From Deltaproteobacteria bacterium (lineage in GTDB: Bacteria > Myxococcota_A > Polyangia > Polyangiales > Houyiibacteriaceae), in assembly GCA_034670305.1 (NCBI GenBank), contig JAXMNT010000017.1:81669-145668 (forward strand): DNA of 64,000 nucleotides, written 5' to 3'. Shown here in pieces: positions 1 to 10,042 of this stretch. A program made the translations under genes and the position numbers. A model generated the notes under the pieces. That model did no database searches, was not told the origin of the DNA, and saw only the letters and a program-made list of their open reading frames with translations. Every line of letters begins with the position of its first letter. Within the stretch, counting starts at the first letter, position 1.

Positions 1-270
1 GTCGAACTCTCCGGTCAGACCCTGCCGGACACCATTGTGGAAATCGAACGAGACGGCGCGGTCGTGGGCTCTGCGACGAGCGACGGGACCGGCGCGTTCG
101 CGGTGTCGGTCGACCTCGCGGCTGGACTCAACCGCCTCGCGGTCTTCGCCAACACGGACGCGGGCCGGATTCGATCGTGGACGGGCACGAGCTTCGAGTT
201 CTTGCGGGTGGGGGACGCGCGGCAGGCGCTTCCGGTCGGTGCGCTGACCGACGTCGTGTACCTGCCGTGA
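1..270 (+). CDS. C-terminal fragment of a protein with a bacterial Ig-like beta-sandwich domain (5' end outside window)
   Basis: Frame open from base 1: VELSGQTLPDTIVEIERDG...SDGTGAFAVSVDLAAGLNRLAVFA, an Ig-like pattern. Stop overlaps the next GTG (GTGA). Confidence 0.6.
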   Translation, partial: VELSGQTLPDTIVEIERDGAVVGSATSDGTGAFAVSVDLAAGLNRLAVFANTDAGRIRSWTGTSFEFLRVGDARQALPVGALTDVVYLP

Positions 271-863
271 CCAAGCCGCCCGAGGACCCTGGTTCCGAGC
301 CATCGGGTTCCGATCCATCGGGCTCCGAGCTGTGGTCCAGCGAGTTGCTCGTCAGCGACTCCATGGGACGGCTGATTCAGTTCTGGGGCTTCAAGCGGAA
401 CATGGGCCGCGTGTGGGCGGTGCTCTACCTGAGCGACGAACCGCTCAGCGCCAAAGACTTGCAAGACCGCCTGCAGCTCTCGAGTGGCGCGGTGTCGATG
501 ACCGTCAACGAACTCGCGCGGTGGAGCGTGGTCAAGAAGGTCTGGAAGCAAGGCGACCGCCGCGACTACTTCGTCGCGGAGGGCAACTTCTGGAAGATGA
601 TCTCGCGGGTCTTCAACGAACGAGAACGCGTAGAGATCCTCGACACCATCGACGCGATGGAAGAGGCGCTCACGTACGCGAAGGCCAAGGCGAAAGAAGG
701 ACCGGAGGAGGAACGCGCCAAAGCCGAACTCCAGGTCGAACGCATTGGGCAACTGCTCGAACTCGCGCGGCTCGGCAACCAGCTCCTGATCGCGCTGCTC
801 GCCAAAGCGACCGTCGATGCCCGGCCGTTGCTTGGCATCCTGCTCGGCCAACGCGACGAGTGA
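267..863 (+). CDS. GbsR/MarR-family winged-helix transcriptional regulator
   Basis: MGRLIQFWGFKRNMGRVWAVLYLSDEPLSAKDLQDRLQLSSGAVSMTVNELARW...GDRRDYFVAE matches the GbsR family pattern. GTGA overlaps at both ends. Confidence 0.85.
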   Translation: MTKPPEDPGSEPSGSDPSGSELWSSELLVSDSMGRLIQFWGFKRNMGRVWAVLYLSDEPLSAKDLQDRLQLSSGAVSMTVNELARWSVVKKVWKQGDRRDYFVAEGNFWKMISRVFNERERVEILDTIDAMEEALTYAKAKAKEGPEEERAKAELQVERIGQLLELARLGNQLLIALLAKATVDARPLLGILLGQRDE

Positions 864-3502
864 CCGACGCCAAGAAACGTCGACCGTCGCGCACCCCACG
901 CCCGGTGGATCCGCCGAGTCGACCCGCGCGTCGAAAGCTTCGGCCACGCAGTCGTCCGACCCGCACGTCGCTCATCGGTGAGTTTCTCGAACACCGCACC
1001 GTTCGCTTGCTCGTGGCTTCGCTCATCGTCGTCTCGCTGCTTCCTTATCCGGAGCTCGAACGACTGCTCCGCCCATGGCTCTTGGTCGCGTTCGGCGCCG
1101 AGGTGGTGCTTCGATTCACCCGGCTGGCAATCGAGAAGGCCAAGGAGCGGAGCGACTGGCTCTACCTCTGCATCGACGTGCTCGCGTGGACGAGCTTCTT
1201 GCCGCTCGAGCATCTGCTCGGCGTCGACGCGACCTGGGTCCGCGGGCTGCGCCTGGTCCGGCTGCTCGTGCTCATCCGGTTCACGCGGTACCTCGCGCAG
1301 GACGTCTGGCGCGTGCTCACTCGGCGCGAACAGCTCCAACAGCTCGGGCTCGTCACGACGTCCGTACTGGCGCTCTCGTTCTTCTCTGCGGTGGTGATGA
1401 ACCACATCCTGCCCGACGACCCGACCGTGCAGGGCAGCTTCTGGGATCAGATGTGGTGGAGCTTTCGCCAAGTCGAGAGCCCGGACAACCTCATCGCCCA
1501 CCTCGATGCGCATCCGCTCGTGGTCATCCTCTCGCTCGGTCTGACCATCACAGGCATCTTTGTCTTCTCGTACCTCATCGGTGTGGGCACGACCGTGGTG
1601 GAGCTCGTGCTGCGGGCCGAGCGTCGCCGGCCGGTGCCGTACCACGGGCACACGCTCGTCATCGGTCCGATGTACGAGAGCGAGCTGCTCGTCCGCGAGT
1701 TCGTGCGCATCCACGAGAAGAACCGCGCGCTGCGCCGCATCTCGCCGGCGGACCTGTGGCGCTGGCTCACCCACCGGCACCACCCGACCCCGCGGCGGCA
1801 CGCGCTCCCGCAGATGGCGCTGCTCGGGCCCGAGGTGGAGCCGCCGCCGTATCTCTACGAACCCGAGATGCGCTGGGTCGTCTACCGGCAGGGCGACGGC
1901 GTCGAGGCCGAAAGTCTCGACCTCGTGGGCGCGACGGACAGCAAACGCGCCATCTTGCTGGCGCCACCCTCCAATGCGCACGACCCGGACGCGATCACAC
2001 TCTCGCGGCTGAGCGCCATCCGCACCATCAACCCCGATGCGCATGTCTTCGTCGAGGTCACCCGCAGCGAGAACGAAGGCGTCGTGCGGGCGGTCGGCGG
2101 CGTCGGCACGTTTCCGCTCGATGCGAGCCGGCTCGTCGGACTGTTCCTTTGCCACCACTTGCTCGTGCCGGGCGTCGACCGACTCTTCGAAGAACTGCTC
2201 AGTGCGCGCGGCCACGAGATCTACACCCACCTCTACGTCGACAGCTGGGAGCACCGCGCCCTGGATCTTCGCGCGTCCAAGGAAGGAACTGGGGGGACCG
2301 TCTCGTTCCAGGCGCTCCAGCGCTTCGCTCAGGAGCGACACCACGTCACCCTGCTCGGTGTGTTCCTCGGCGATCGCATCGACCGCAAGCAACGCGATCT
2401 CATCCCGGTCGACCTGCTCGACGCCTGGGTCAACCCGCTCGCGGCAGCCGAGGCAGAGGGCGCGTCGGCCGCCGGTCGCATCCCGGTCGAGCGACTGCAG
2501 GGCATCTTCGGCATCGCCGACACCTACGTACCGCTGCGCGCGTCGGGCCGCGAGGTCCTCGAGTCCGACCTCGGTGCGCCCACTTCCGGTGACCTCCATG
2601 CTGCCAAAGCGGTGGTCGACTCGATCGATCGCGAAGTCGATCCACCGATGGAACGCATCGTGGTGGTTGGGTACGGACACGCGCTGCCCGCGTTGGTGGA
2701 TGCGCTCGCGCACTTCGTCCCCGGGGTGTCGGTACACGTCGTGCTGTGTGGCGACTCGCCCGACGCGGCGCGCTGGCTCCGCAAGTGCGGCATCCCCAAA
2801 GCCGGCGGCCGCTGCGCGATCGAGGGCGGCGGCACGCTTGCGATCGAACGCTGTGAGCGTGACGAACTCTCCGAGGTCGCGGCCGAGCGGGCTGCCGTCG
2901 CAGACGCGGCGGTCTTTCTTGCAGATGCGGGTGCGACCGACAGCGACGCGACCGTCTCGATGCGGGTGCTGCGGTTCGCCAACGCGCTGCGCCGCGGTTC
3001 GGAGAAGACCACGGAGATCGAACTCTGGCCCGACGACCGGGAGCGTGCGCAAGACCGCACTGCGATGCCGCTGCGACTGCTGGTCGAACTCGACTCCCGC
3101 CACCGCGGCGCGCAACTCGAAGGGCATCTCGGCGGGGGCATGTCCCAGGCGGAGACCGAGCTCGTCCTCGTCAGCACCGACCAGATCAAGAACTACTTCA
3201 TGGTGCACAGCGCGTTCGTGCCCGGCGTCACGTCGATCTACGAACGGCTGCTGGGAAGCCGCGGTCAGGAAATCGTGCGCCTGCCCGTCGCCTGGCTGCC
3301 CGACTCCCACGAGTCGTTCACGTTCGGGGGACTGCGCGCCGCGCTCGCCGGGCGTGGCTGCATCCCGATCGCGCTCTCTCTCGACGGCGAACTGCTTGTG
3401 AACCCACCGTGCGCCCGGCCGCTGAAACGCGCGGACCTCGAAGCCATCTACGCCGTCGCCGACATGGACTCCCTCGACGAGATCTTCCCCGCGCAGTCCT
3501 GA
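860..3502 (+). CDS. Ion channel: TM/voltage-sensor-like region, pore helix and tandem RCK-like domains (CASTOR/POLLUX-related)
   Basis: Hydrophobic helices, S4-like RGLRLVRLLVLIRFTR, pore-helix FWDQMWWSFRQVESPDN, RCK-like GHTLVIG / RIVVVGYG / DSDATVSMRVL / LLSARGHEIY / LLVNPP. Confidence 0.7.
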   Translation: MTDAKKRRPSRTPRPVDPPSRPARRKLRPRSRPTRTSLIGEFLEHRTVRLLVASLIVVSLLPYPELERLLRPWLLVAFGAEVVLRFTRLAIEKAKERSDWLYLCIDVLAWTSFLPLEHLLGVDATWVRGLRLVRLLVLIRFTRYLAQDVWRVLTRREQLQQLGLVTTSVLALSFFSAVVMNHILPDDPTVQGSFWDQMWWSFRQVESPDNLIAHLDAHPLVVILSLGLTITGIFVFSYLIGVGTTVVELVLRAERRRPVPYHGHTLVIGPMYESELLVREFVRIHEKNRALRRISPADLWRWLTHRHHPTPRRHALPQMALLGPEVEPPPYLYEPEMRWVVYRQGDGVEAESLDLVGATDSKRAILLAPPSNAHDPDAITLSRLSAIRTINPDAHVFVEVTRSENEGVVRAVGGVGTFPLDASRLVGLFLCHHLLVPGVDRLFEELLSARGHEIYTHLYVDSWEHRALDLRASKEGTGGTVSFQALQRFAQERHHVTLLGVFLGDRIDRKQRDLIPVDLLDAWVNPLAAAEAEGASAAGRIPVERLQGIFGIADTYVPLRASGREVLESDLGAPTSGDLHAAKAVVDSIDREVDPPMERIVVVGYGHALPALVDALAHFVPGVSVHVVLCGDSPDAARWLRKCGIPKAGGRCAIEGGGTLAIERCERDELSEVAAERAAVADAAVFLADAGATDSDATVSMRVLRFANALRRGSEKTTEIELWPDDRERAQDRTAMPLRLLVELDSRHRGAQLEGHLGGGMSQAETELVLVSTDQIKNYFMVHSAFVPGVTSIYERLLGSRGQEIVRLPVAWLPDSHESFTFGGLRAALAGRGCIPIALSLDGELLVNPPCARPLKRADLEAIYAVADMDSLDEIFPAQS

Positions 3503-3587
3503 CTTCTGCTTCTGCTTCTGCTTCTGCTTCTGCTTCTGCTTCTGCTTCTGCTTCTGCTTCTGCTTCTGCTTCTGCTTCTGCTTCTGC
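3503..3587. repeat. (CTTCTG)x14 hexamer microsatellite between convergent genes
   Basis: Perfect tandem repeat starting right after the channel stop codon. Confidence 0.95.
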
Positions 3588-3596
3588 GGGCCAGGG

Positions 3597-5249
3597 TCAG
3601 CGCCGGGGTCGCGTGCGCGGGCTTCGAGGGCTGCGGCGCACGGGCGGCACCGCCAGACTCAACGTCGCGACGTCGATCCGTTCGGTGCCGGCGGCGACTT
3701 GCAGCGCGACCTCCACCTGGGCCGGGACGTCGATGCTGGTGCCGATGGTGACGCGGAACCGCCCGTCCGGGTGGCGGAGGATGGAGCCAACCGCGACGCC
3801 GGGCGGGGCCCGCGCGACGAGTCGGTCGGGGAGCCGGAGCGGGCTGCGGATGCGCAGGGTGAGCTCGCGCCTCCCGCCGCGGCGGAGCACCGGCCGACCG
3901 ACGACGCGGGCTTGGGCGCGCATGACGAGCACGTCGAAGCCAGGGATGTCGCGGTCGCTCGAGTCGATGCAGCGAATCGACTGACGCCCGAGGCCGCGCA
4001 CGGTGGTGATGCCTTCGAGCGCCGCGTTCTCCCGGGACGAGACGCCGCAGCGCAGGCCGAGGGGAGAGACGAGCCAGGTGCCCGGCAACACCCGCACCGG
4101 TTCGTAGGGCCGGGTGGGATCGCCCGGATCGAACGAGTCCGGCGGTGGGTCGCCGCCGCCGGGCGGCACGATGCGGGCTTCGCGGATCACCATCGCGCGG
4201 CGGGGGGAAGGGCGCCCTTCGAAGAAGGCACTGTCGATGGTGGACACCCGCACGTAGTAGGCGCCCGCTGGAAGGCGGGCGATCTCGAAGCCGGTCGCGT
4301 CGCCCGGCACCTCGATCGCCGCGACGAGCTCGGAGCCATCCGCTTCCGCCGACACCTCCACCCGATAGGCGCGCGCCCCCTCGACCGCATGCCACTGGCC
4401 GCGCAGCGTGCCGCCGCTGCCGGTCACGCCTACGAACCGGCCGCTTCGGTCGTCCCGCCAGCGTGGCGCGCGGGGCAAGGGCCGCGGCGGCGTGGGACGC
4501 CGGCCCGCCGTGACGGTGGTGCCGCTGCCTTCGGGCAACTGCAACCGTCCGCGGTCGCCCGTCACGAAGAGCGAACCGCCGAGGTTGGCGACGCGGGTCG
4601 TGTCCTCGTCGACCTGGACGATCGCTTCACCGCCGACGTCGGCGCGCGCGGAGTCGGTCTGCACGGCGAGCCCACCCGCGAGTTCCCCGAGCCGGCCCCG
4701 CAGTGCGCCCCGTTGAAGTCGCGCGACGCGCCGGGGACGTGCGGACGACCCGCCGCCGCCGACCACGACCACGAGCGAGCGGTCGCGCATCTGGAGTCGC
4801 GACCCATCGCGGTACAGGAGCTCGGCCGCCGAGTGTTCGCCGGTGGCGACTTGGTTGCCTTCGTCGAGTCCATCGCCGCGCCGCGCGCGTCTCCAAGCGT
4901 CGGCGGCCGCGCGACGCAGTTCCACCTCGTGCACCACCCGCGCCATCGACGCCTCGTGCGAGGCCCGTTCCCGCGAGGGCAACACGAGCGTCGTGCCTTC
5001 TTGCAGCCGATGGGGCGTCGGCCCGAGCCACCGGTTGTACGCGTGGATGACATCGATTCGGGCGCGGTCGCCGTACACTGCGCGCGCGATGCTTCGGCAC
5101 GAGTCGCCCGGCTGCACGACGTAGCGCAGGTCCTCGTCCGCATGCGCGTTCGGAGCCCTCAGCACGCACAGCCAGCCCACCAGCATCCACCACCGCAGCT
5201 TCGTGCGTTGCCCGGCGCGAGGCGGCCGACGCGCGAACGCGCCCCTCAA
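3597..5249 (-). CDS. Secreted LysM + FecR-like + FN3-like domain protein
   Basis: Signal-like ...NAHA, LysM YVVQPGDSCRSIARAVYG, FecR-like GNQVATGEHSAAELLYRDGSRLQM, FN3-like WHAVEGARAYRVEVS...LPAGAYYVRVSTID. TTG start overlaps the kinase stop; alternative ATG at 5186. Confidence 0.8.
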   Translation of the reverse strand: MRGAFARRPPRAGQRTKLRWWMLVGWLCVLRAPNAHADEDLRYVVQPGDSCRSIARAVYGDRARIDVIHAYNRWLGPTPHRLQEGTTLVLPSRERASHEASMARVVHEVELRRAAADAWRRARRGDGLDEGNQVATGEHSAAELLYRDGSRLQMRDRSLVVVVGGGGSSARPRRVARLQRGALRGRLGELAGGLAVQTDSARADVGGEAIVQVDEDTTRVANLGGSLFVTGDRGRLQLPEGSGTTVTAGRRPTPPRPLPRAPRWRDDRSGRFVGVTGSGGTLRGQWHAVEGARAYRVEVSAEADGSELVAAIEVPGDATGFEIARLPAGAYYVRVSTIDSAFFEGRPSPRRAMVIREARIVPPGGGDPPPDSFDPGDPTRPYEPVRVLPGTWLVSPLGLRCGVSSRENAALEGITTVRGLGRQSIRCIDSSDRDIPGFDVLVMRAQARVVGRPVLRRGGRRELTLRIRSPLRLPDRLVARAPPGVAVGSILRHPDGRFRVTIGTSIDVPAQVEVALQVAAGTERIDVATLSLAVPPVRRSPRSPRTRPRR

Positions 5250-6556
5250 TGCGCGCCACCATTGCGCCGGATCGCACGGAGCAGTCGGCGTACGACTTCG
5301 CTGGCCTGTGCTGGGGAGGGCACGACGTCGCTCGCACCCGCACGGATGAGCGCGCGCAGTGCGGAGACGTCCGACGCGTTCGCCTCGCAGACCACGGGCG
5401 CCAGCGCGACGAGGGACCCGAGCCGCTCGGTCGCGTCCGAGGCGAGGAAGACGGCGGCGGGCTGTCCGACCTCTTCGCCCTCGCCAACGACGTAGGGGGT
5501 GAGGCCGGCTGCGCCGAGTGCGAGGAAGAGGTCGGGGTGAACCCCGCCGTACAGCGCCACCTCGCCCGGCGCGGCCGCCTCGGGGGCGCCCTCCGGTGGC
5601 GCGGGCACCATGCGCGCCGCGCGACCGAGCACATGGGCATCCTCGCGACTGCGCCCTCGGCCTTCCTGGCCGGTCGCGTCCGCAAGTTGTTCTCGGGCTT
5701 CGAGTGCGGTGGGCCGCGCGTCGGCGCGTTTGTCGAGCAGGCGCGCGACCAGCGCTTCGAGCGACGCCGGCAGAGGCGCGCCTTGGCTGCGAAGCGGTGG
5801 CGGCGGCGCGTACATGTGGCGGGTGAGCACTTCCGCATCGGCGCCGAGGAAAGGCGGTCGGCCGGAGATCATCTCGAAGAGCACACACCCGAGCGCGTAG
5901 ACATCCGTCGCCCCATCCACCGCGCCACCGCGCGCTTGTTCCGGCGACGTGTACGCGGGTGTTCCGGCGACCACGCCCTCGGCCGTCATGCGCGAGGTGC
6001 CGGTGCCCCCGCTGAGAAACGCGAGGCCGAAGTCGACGAGCCGCACCTTGGCGTCCGCGGTCTCCAGCATGATGTTCTCGGGTTTGAGGTCGCGGTGCAC
6101 GATGTCGGCCCGGTGCGCGGCCCACAGCACGTCGGCGATCTGCCAGGCGATCTCGAGCGACTCGTCCAGCGACAAGGGCGTGGCCGGCATGGTGGCCAAG
6201 GGCGCTGCGCCGCCACGCGAAGGGTGCGTCACTCGGGTGCCTACTTCGAGCCGGGCGCGCAGCGGTGCGCCCCACACCCGCTCCATGGCGAGAAAGAGGC
6301 GGCCCTCGCATTCGCCGAGTTCGAACACTCGGACCGCGCCCGGATGGTCGAGCGCACTGGCGACCCGCGCCTCCCGTTCGAAGCGCGCCCGGGCACGCGG
6401 ATCATGCTCGAGCGACGCGCCGAGAATCTTGAGCGCGACGTCCCGTCCGAGGTCTTCTTGATGCGCGGCCCACACCACCCCCATGCCGCCGCGTCCGAGC
6501 TCGTGTTGCAGGCGGTAGCGCCCCGCGATGCACATGTCCGCAGCGAGCGCAGACAT
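5246..6556 (-). CDS. Hanks-type Ser/Thr protein kinase with C-terminal degenerate receiver-like domain
   Basis: LGRGGMGVVW, VALK, HRDLKPEN, DFG, SPEQ, DVYALG. Tail ALIRAGASDVVPSP...VVRRL resembles REC alpha4-beta5-alpha5. TGATG overlap with the cyclase. Confidence 0.92.
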   Translation of the reverse strand: MSALAADMCIAGRYRLQHELGRGGMGVVWAAHQEDLGRDVALKILGASLEHDPRARARFEREARVASALDHPGAVRVFELGECEGRLFLAMERVWGAPLRARLEVGTRVTHPSRGGAAPLATMPATPLSLDESLEIAWQIADVLWAAHRADIVHRDLKPENIMLETADAKVRLVDFGLAFLSGGTGTSRMTAEGVVAGTPAYTSPEQARGGAVDGATDVYALGCVLFEMISGRPPFLGADAEVLTRHMYAPPPPLRSQGAPLPASLEALVARLLDKRADARPTALEAREQLADATGQEGRGRSREDAHVLGRAARMVPAPPEGAPEAAAPGEVALYGGVHPDLFLALGAAGLTPYVVGEGEEVGQPAAVFLASDATERLGSLVALAPVVCEANASDVSALRALIRAGASDVVPSPAQASEVVRRLLRAIRRNGGAH

Positions 6557-8271
6557 CACGTGCGCACCTCGAACAGCTCCATCGCAGCGGCGTGTCCGGC
6601 CAGGTGGTGTTCGCCGACCGAGACGAACTCGAAGCCGTCGCCTGCGGCGAGCCGGGTCGCGCCCGAGACGAGGATCTGGTGCGGTCGCGCCATCGACTCC
6701 AGCCGTGCCGCGAGGTTCACCGCTTCGCCGATGGCGGTGTACTCCATGCGCACGTCGGAGCCGAGGTTGCCCACAACCGCCTCGCCGGTGTGCACGCCGA
6801 TCGCCAGTTGGATCCGGACGCCGAAGCGCTTCTCCCAGCCGGTGTTGGCTGCTTCTACGAACGCGAGCATGTCCTCGGCTGCCCGCAGCGCGTCGGCCGC
6901 GTGCGCTTCGTTGGGCTCGGGCGCGCCGAAGAGCGCCATCACCGCGTCTCCGAGAAACTTGTCGACCGTGCCGGAGTGCCGGAAGACGACCTCCGTCAAC
7001 AGCGTGAAGAGCTCGTTGAGGATCGCGACCACCTCTTCCGGTGGGAGCCGCGAGGTCAGCGGGGTGAACGCGACGACGTCGGCGAAGAGCACCGTGATCG
7101 GCAGCCGTTGTCCACCGAGCTGCATGTCGTGTTCGCGAGACGCCACCCGGCGGGCGAGCTCGGCGGGTAGAAACCGTTCGAGGTCCGCGCGGATCGCTTC
7201 CTCCTCGCGCACCCGTGCTTCGCTCGACTCGAGCGTCTCCGCCGCGACCGACAGGTCCTCCGCGAGCGCCCCGAGTTCGTCGCGACTCGCGATGTGCACG
7301 CGCCGGTCGAACCGCCGGCCGGCGAGCTCGGAGGCGAACGCCGAGAGCGTCCGGATCGGCGCGGTCAGCAGCCGCGCGAAGACGGCCGCGAGCATGAGCG
7401 AGACCACGATGGCCACACCGATGCCGATGCCGACGATGCGCCGCATGCGGCTGAGGCTCCGGAACGCGATGCGGCGCGGGACACTGACCACGGCGACCCC
7501 GAGCGAGGGCTCCGAGTCCCCGAGCGGCGCGACGGTGGCGACTGCGTCCGCGATCTCCGACGAGACGGGGCTGCGGAGGGTGGCGGGGTCGAGGTCCCGG
7601 AGCGCTTCGTCCAGCGACATCGGCCGTCCGGCCTGCACTGCGATGTCGCCGTTCGCCCGCACCAGTGCGATCGTGCCTTCGAGCAGCGAGAGGTGGGCGC
7701 GGGCCAGACTCTCCGCGCGCCGTCTCACGGGGGCGAGCGGGAAGGGCGTCGCCACCTGTCCGGTCTGTTGTGCCCCGACTCGGATCGGCACCGAGAGCCA
7801 GTCGTCGGGCAGGCGGGTGAGCGTGGTCGCTGGAGGTACCTCTCCGCTCTCGCCGCCTCGCACGAACCCGTCGATCACGTGGCCTGCGGCATCGAAGACC
7901 TGAACTTCGTCGAGGCCACTCGAGTCGAAGAGCCGGCTGCAGGTCTCGAGGCGCACGTCGTCGCTGAGCTGGGGGTCGGCGAGGGTCTCGGCCATGGCGC
8001 GCAGGTCGTCTTGGGCGGACTGCACTTCGCGTTCGAGCGTCCGCCCGAGATCGTCCGCCAGCGCGATCTGGAGCTGGAGCGCGCTGCGCCGGACCGTCTC
8101 TTCGTTCACGTCGAGCAGCAGCCACCCGGCGAGCAAGAGCGGACAGGCCGCGAGCAGCCCGCCAAACAACGTCAACTTCAGGCGGAGCGGGAAAGACACG
8201 CTGCGTGCCCGGGGCGGGCTCGCATCCTTGGGGGGCGTCCTGACGTCCGCGGGCGTCTCGACGCAGGGCAC
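6556..8271 (-). CDS. Membrane class III adenylate cyclase (TM-sensor-TM-HAMP-cyclase)
   Basis: Two TM helices, HAMP (PIRTL...SRDELGALA), VLFADVVAFT, DKFLGDAVMA, YTAIGEAVNLAARLES. K/T specificity residues indicate ATP. Start uncertain (GTG 8271 with AGGAG upstream, or GTG 8199). Confidence 0.9.
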   Translation of the reverse strand: MPCVETPADVRTPPKDASPPRARSVSFPLRLKLTLFGGLLAACPLLLAGWLLLDVNEETVRRSALQLQIALADDLGRTLEREVQSAQDDLRAMAETLADPQLSDDVRLETCSRLFDSSGLDEVQVFDAAGHVIDGFVRGGESGEVPPATTLTRLPDDWLSVPIRVGAQQTGQVATPFPLAPVRRRAESLARAHLSLLEGTIALVRANGDIAVQAGRPMSLDEALRDLDPATLRSPVSSEIADAVATVAPLGDSEPSLGVAVVSVPRRIAFRSLSRMRRIVGIGIGVAIVVSLMLAAVFARLLTAPIRTLSAFASELAGRRFDRRVHIASRDELGALAEDLSVAAETLESSEARVREEEAIRADLERFLPAELARRVASREHDMQLGGQRLPITVLFADVVAFTPLTSRLPPEEVVAILNELFTLLTEVVFRHSGTVDKFLGDAVMALFGAPEPNEAHAADALRAAEDMLAFVEAANTGWEKRFGVRIQLAIGVHTGEAVVGNLGSDVRMEYTAIGEAVNLAARLESMARPHQILVSGATRLAAGDGFEFVSVGEHHLAGHAAAMELFEVRT

Positions 8272-8319
8272 GTCGCTCCTGGGGGCACTCGGCACGGTCC
8301 GCAGTGTAAGGTCTATCGC

Positions 8320-9612
8320 ATGCCAGCGACGACGCAGCCTGCAGACGACCGCCGAGGCCTGCCGATCCGGAGCCTCGAGGTGGTGGTCGTCGAGGGCCCC
8401 GACAAAGGCACCGAGGCGAGCGCGTCCAGCGAGACCCTGACCGTAGGCACCGCCGAAGGAAACGATCTCAAGCTCAGCGACTCGACGGTGAGCGGGTTTC
8501 ATCTGGAGCTCGTGCAGGCGGGGGACGTCATCCGCGTACAGGACCACGGCAGCCTCAACGGGACGATCTTTGCGGGCGCCCGGCTCGGCCACGCGGAGAT
8601 TCCACCCGGCGCCACGCTCACCCTTGGCAACACCAAGATCGAAGTGCGCGACGGGGCCCGGGTCACCGTCGAGATGCACGAACACGACGAGTACGGCGGC
8701 ATCACGGGCCGCACGCCGGTGATGCGTCGGCTGATGGTGAAGATTCGACGCGCCGCGCGCAGCGACACCGCCGCGCTGCTCGTCGGCGAATCCGGGACAG
8801 GCAAAGAACTCATCGCGCGCGCCCTCCACGATCAGGGCAAACGCGCCGGCGCGCCCTTCGTCACGGTCGACTGCGCCGCGCTCGCGCCTTCGCTCGTCGC
8901 GAGCGAACTCTTCGGTCACGAGAAGGGCGCATTCACAGGCGCCGACCGGCGGCACGCCGGTGCGTTCGAACGCGCCCACGGCGGGACCCTCTTTCTGGAC
9001 GAGATCGGAGAGCTCCCGCCCGCACTCCAGCCGGCGCTGCTCGGTGCGCTCGAGCGGCGACGGTTCCGGCGGGTTGGCGGCCGCGAAGAGATCGAGGTCG
9101 ACGTGCGGGTCGTGTGCGCGACCCACCGCGACCTTCGATCGGAAGTGAACGCGGGCCGATTTCGGCTCGACCTCTACTACCGGGTGGCGGTCGTCGTGCT
9201 CGCGGTGCCCGCCCTTCGCGAGCGCATGGAAGACCTGCCGCTTCTGGTCGAACACTTCGTACGCGAGGCAGGCTGGGACGGACCGGTGGAAGAGGTGGTG
9301 CCGCCGGACACGATGGTCGCGCTCGCGGCGCATCGGTGGCCCGGCAACGTGCGCGAGCTCCGCAACGTGGTCGAAGCGACGATCGCGATGGGCGAACCGC
9401 CCGCGCTGCATCCCGAGCTCGGAAGCACCGACGAACGGTTCTTCGAGCTCGGCTACAAAGACGCGCGTGCGGCCATCCTGCACGACTTCGAATCGCGCTA
9501 CCTGCGGCGCCTTGTCGAGCGGGCGGAGGGCAACGTCTCCAAAGCCGCCCGCGACGCGCGGATGGACCGCACGTACCTGATCAAGTTGCTTCAGAAACAC
9601 GGCCTGCGATGA
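8320..9612 (+). CDS. FHA-domain sigma54-dependent transcriptional activator (bEBP)
   Basis: FHA (VGT...DSTVSGFH...DHGSLNGT), [30 protein letters not shown], Fis-type HTH. Confidence 0.95.
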   Translation: MPATTQPADDRRGLPIRSLEVVVVEGPDKGTEASASSETLTVGTAEGNDLKLSDSTVSGFHLELVQAGDVIRVQDHGSLNGTIFAGARLGHAEIPPGATLTLGNTKIEVRDGARVTVEMHEHDEYGGITGRTPVMRRLMVKIRRAARSDTAALLVGESGTGKELIARALHDQGKRAGAPFVTVDCAALAPSLVASELFGHEKGAFTGADRRHAGAFERAHGGTLFLDEIGELPPALQPALLGALERRRFRRVGGREEIEVDVRVVCATHRDLRSEVNAGRFRLDLYYRVAVVVLAVPALRERMEDLPLLVEHFVREAGWDGPVEEVVPPDTMVALAAHRWPGNVRELRNVVEATIAMGEPPALHPELGSTDERFFELGYKDARAAILHDFESRYLRRLVERAEGNVSKAARDARMDRTYLIKLLQKHGLR

Positions 9613-9854
9613 GCCGTCGCAAGATCGATTGGGGCAAGCACCCGGTGGCGTCGGTGGTGGTTTGGATCCTGACCGCGGCGTGTGTGATCGGCCTGCTGTA
9701 CACCGCGACGCATCTGGACGAGTTGCCCACGCGACGTCCGGGGGGAGGGCGCGGCAAGAACCACCTTGCCGCGCTGATGTTCGTCTTCTGCCCGGTGGTG
9801 CTGGCGGTCACGTGGGGCATCTTCCTGCGCAACTTCCGAGGTCCGCCCCGCTGA
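9609..9854 (+). CDS. Small two-TM membrane protein
   Basis: ATGA overlap with the bEBP stop; two hydrophobic segments; 81 aa. Confidence 0.6.
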   Translation: MSRRKIDWGKHPVASVVVWILTAACVIGLLYTATHLDELPTRRPGGGRGKNHLAALMFVFCPVVLAVTWGIFLRNFRGPPR

Positions 9855-9856
9855 GG

Positions 9857-10030
9857 ACTCCGACGCCGAAGCCGACGCCGAAGCCGACGCCGAAGCCGAC
9901 GCCGAAGCCGACGCCGACGCCGAATCCGAAGCCGACTCCGACGCCGAAGCCGACGCCGAAGCCGACGCCGAAGCCGACGCCGAATCCGAAGCCGACTCCG
10001 AAGGCGACGCCGACGCCGACTCCGAAGCCG
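9857..10030. repeat. Intergenic CCGANN hexamer array
   Basis: Tandem CCGAAG/CCGACG/CCGAAT/CCGACT units. Confidence 0.9.
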
Positions 10031-10042
10031 GGGCCGTGTCCT

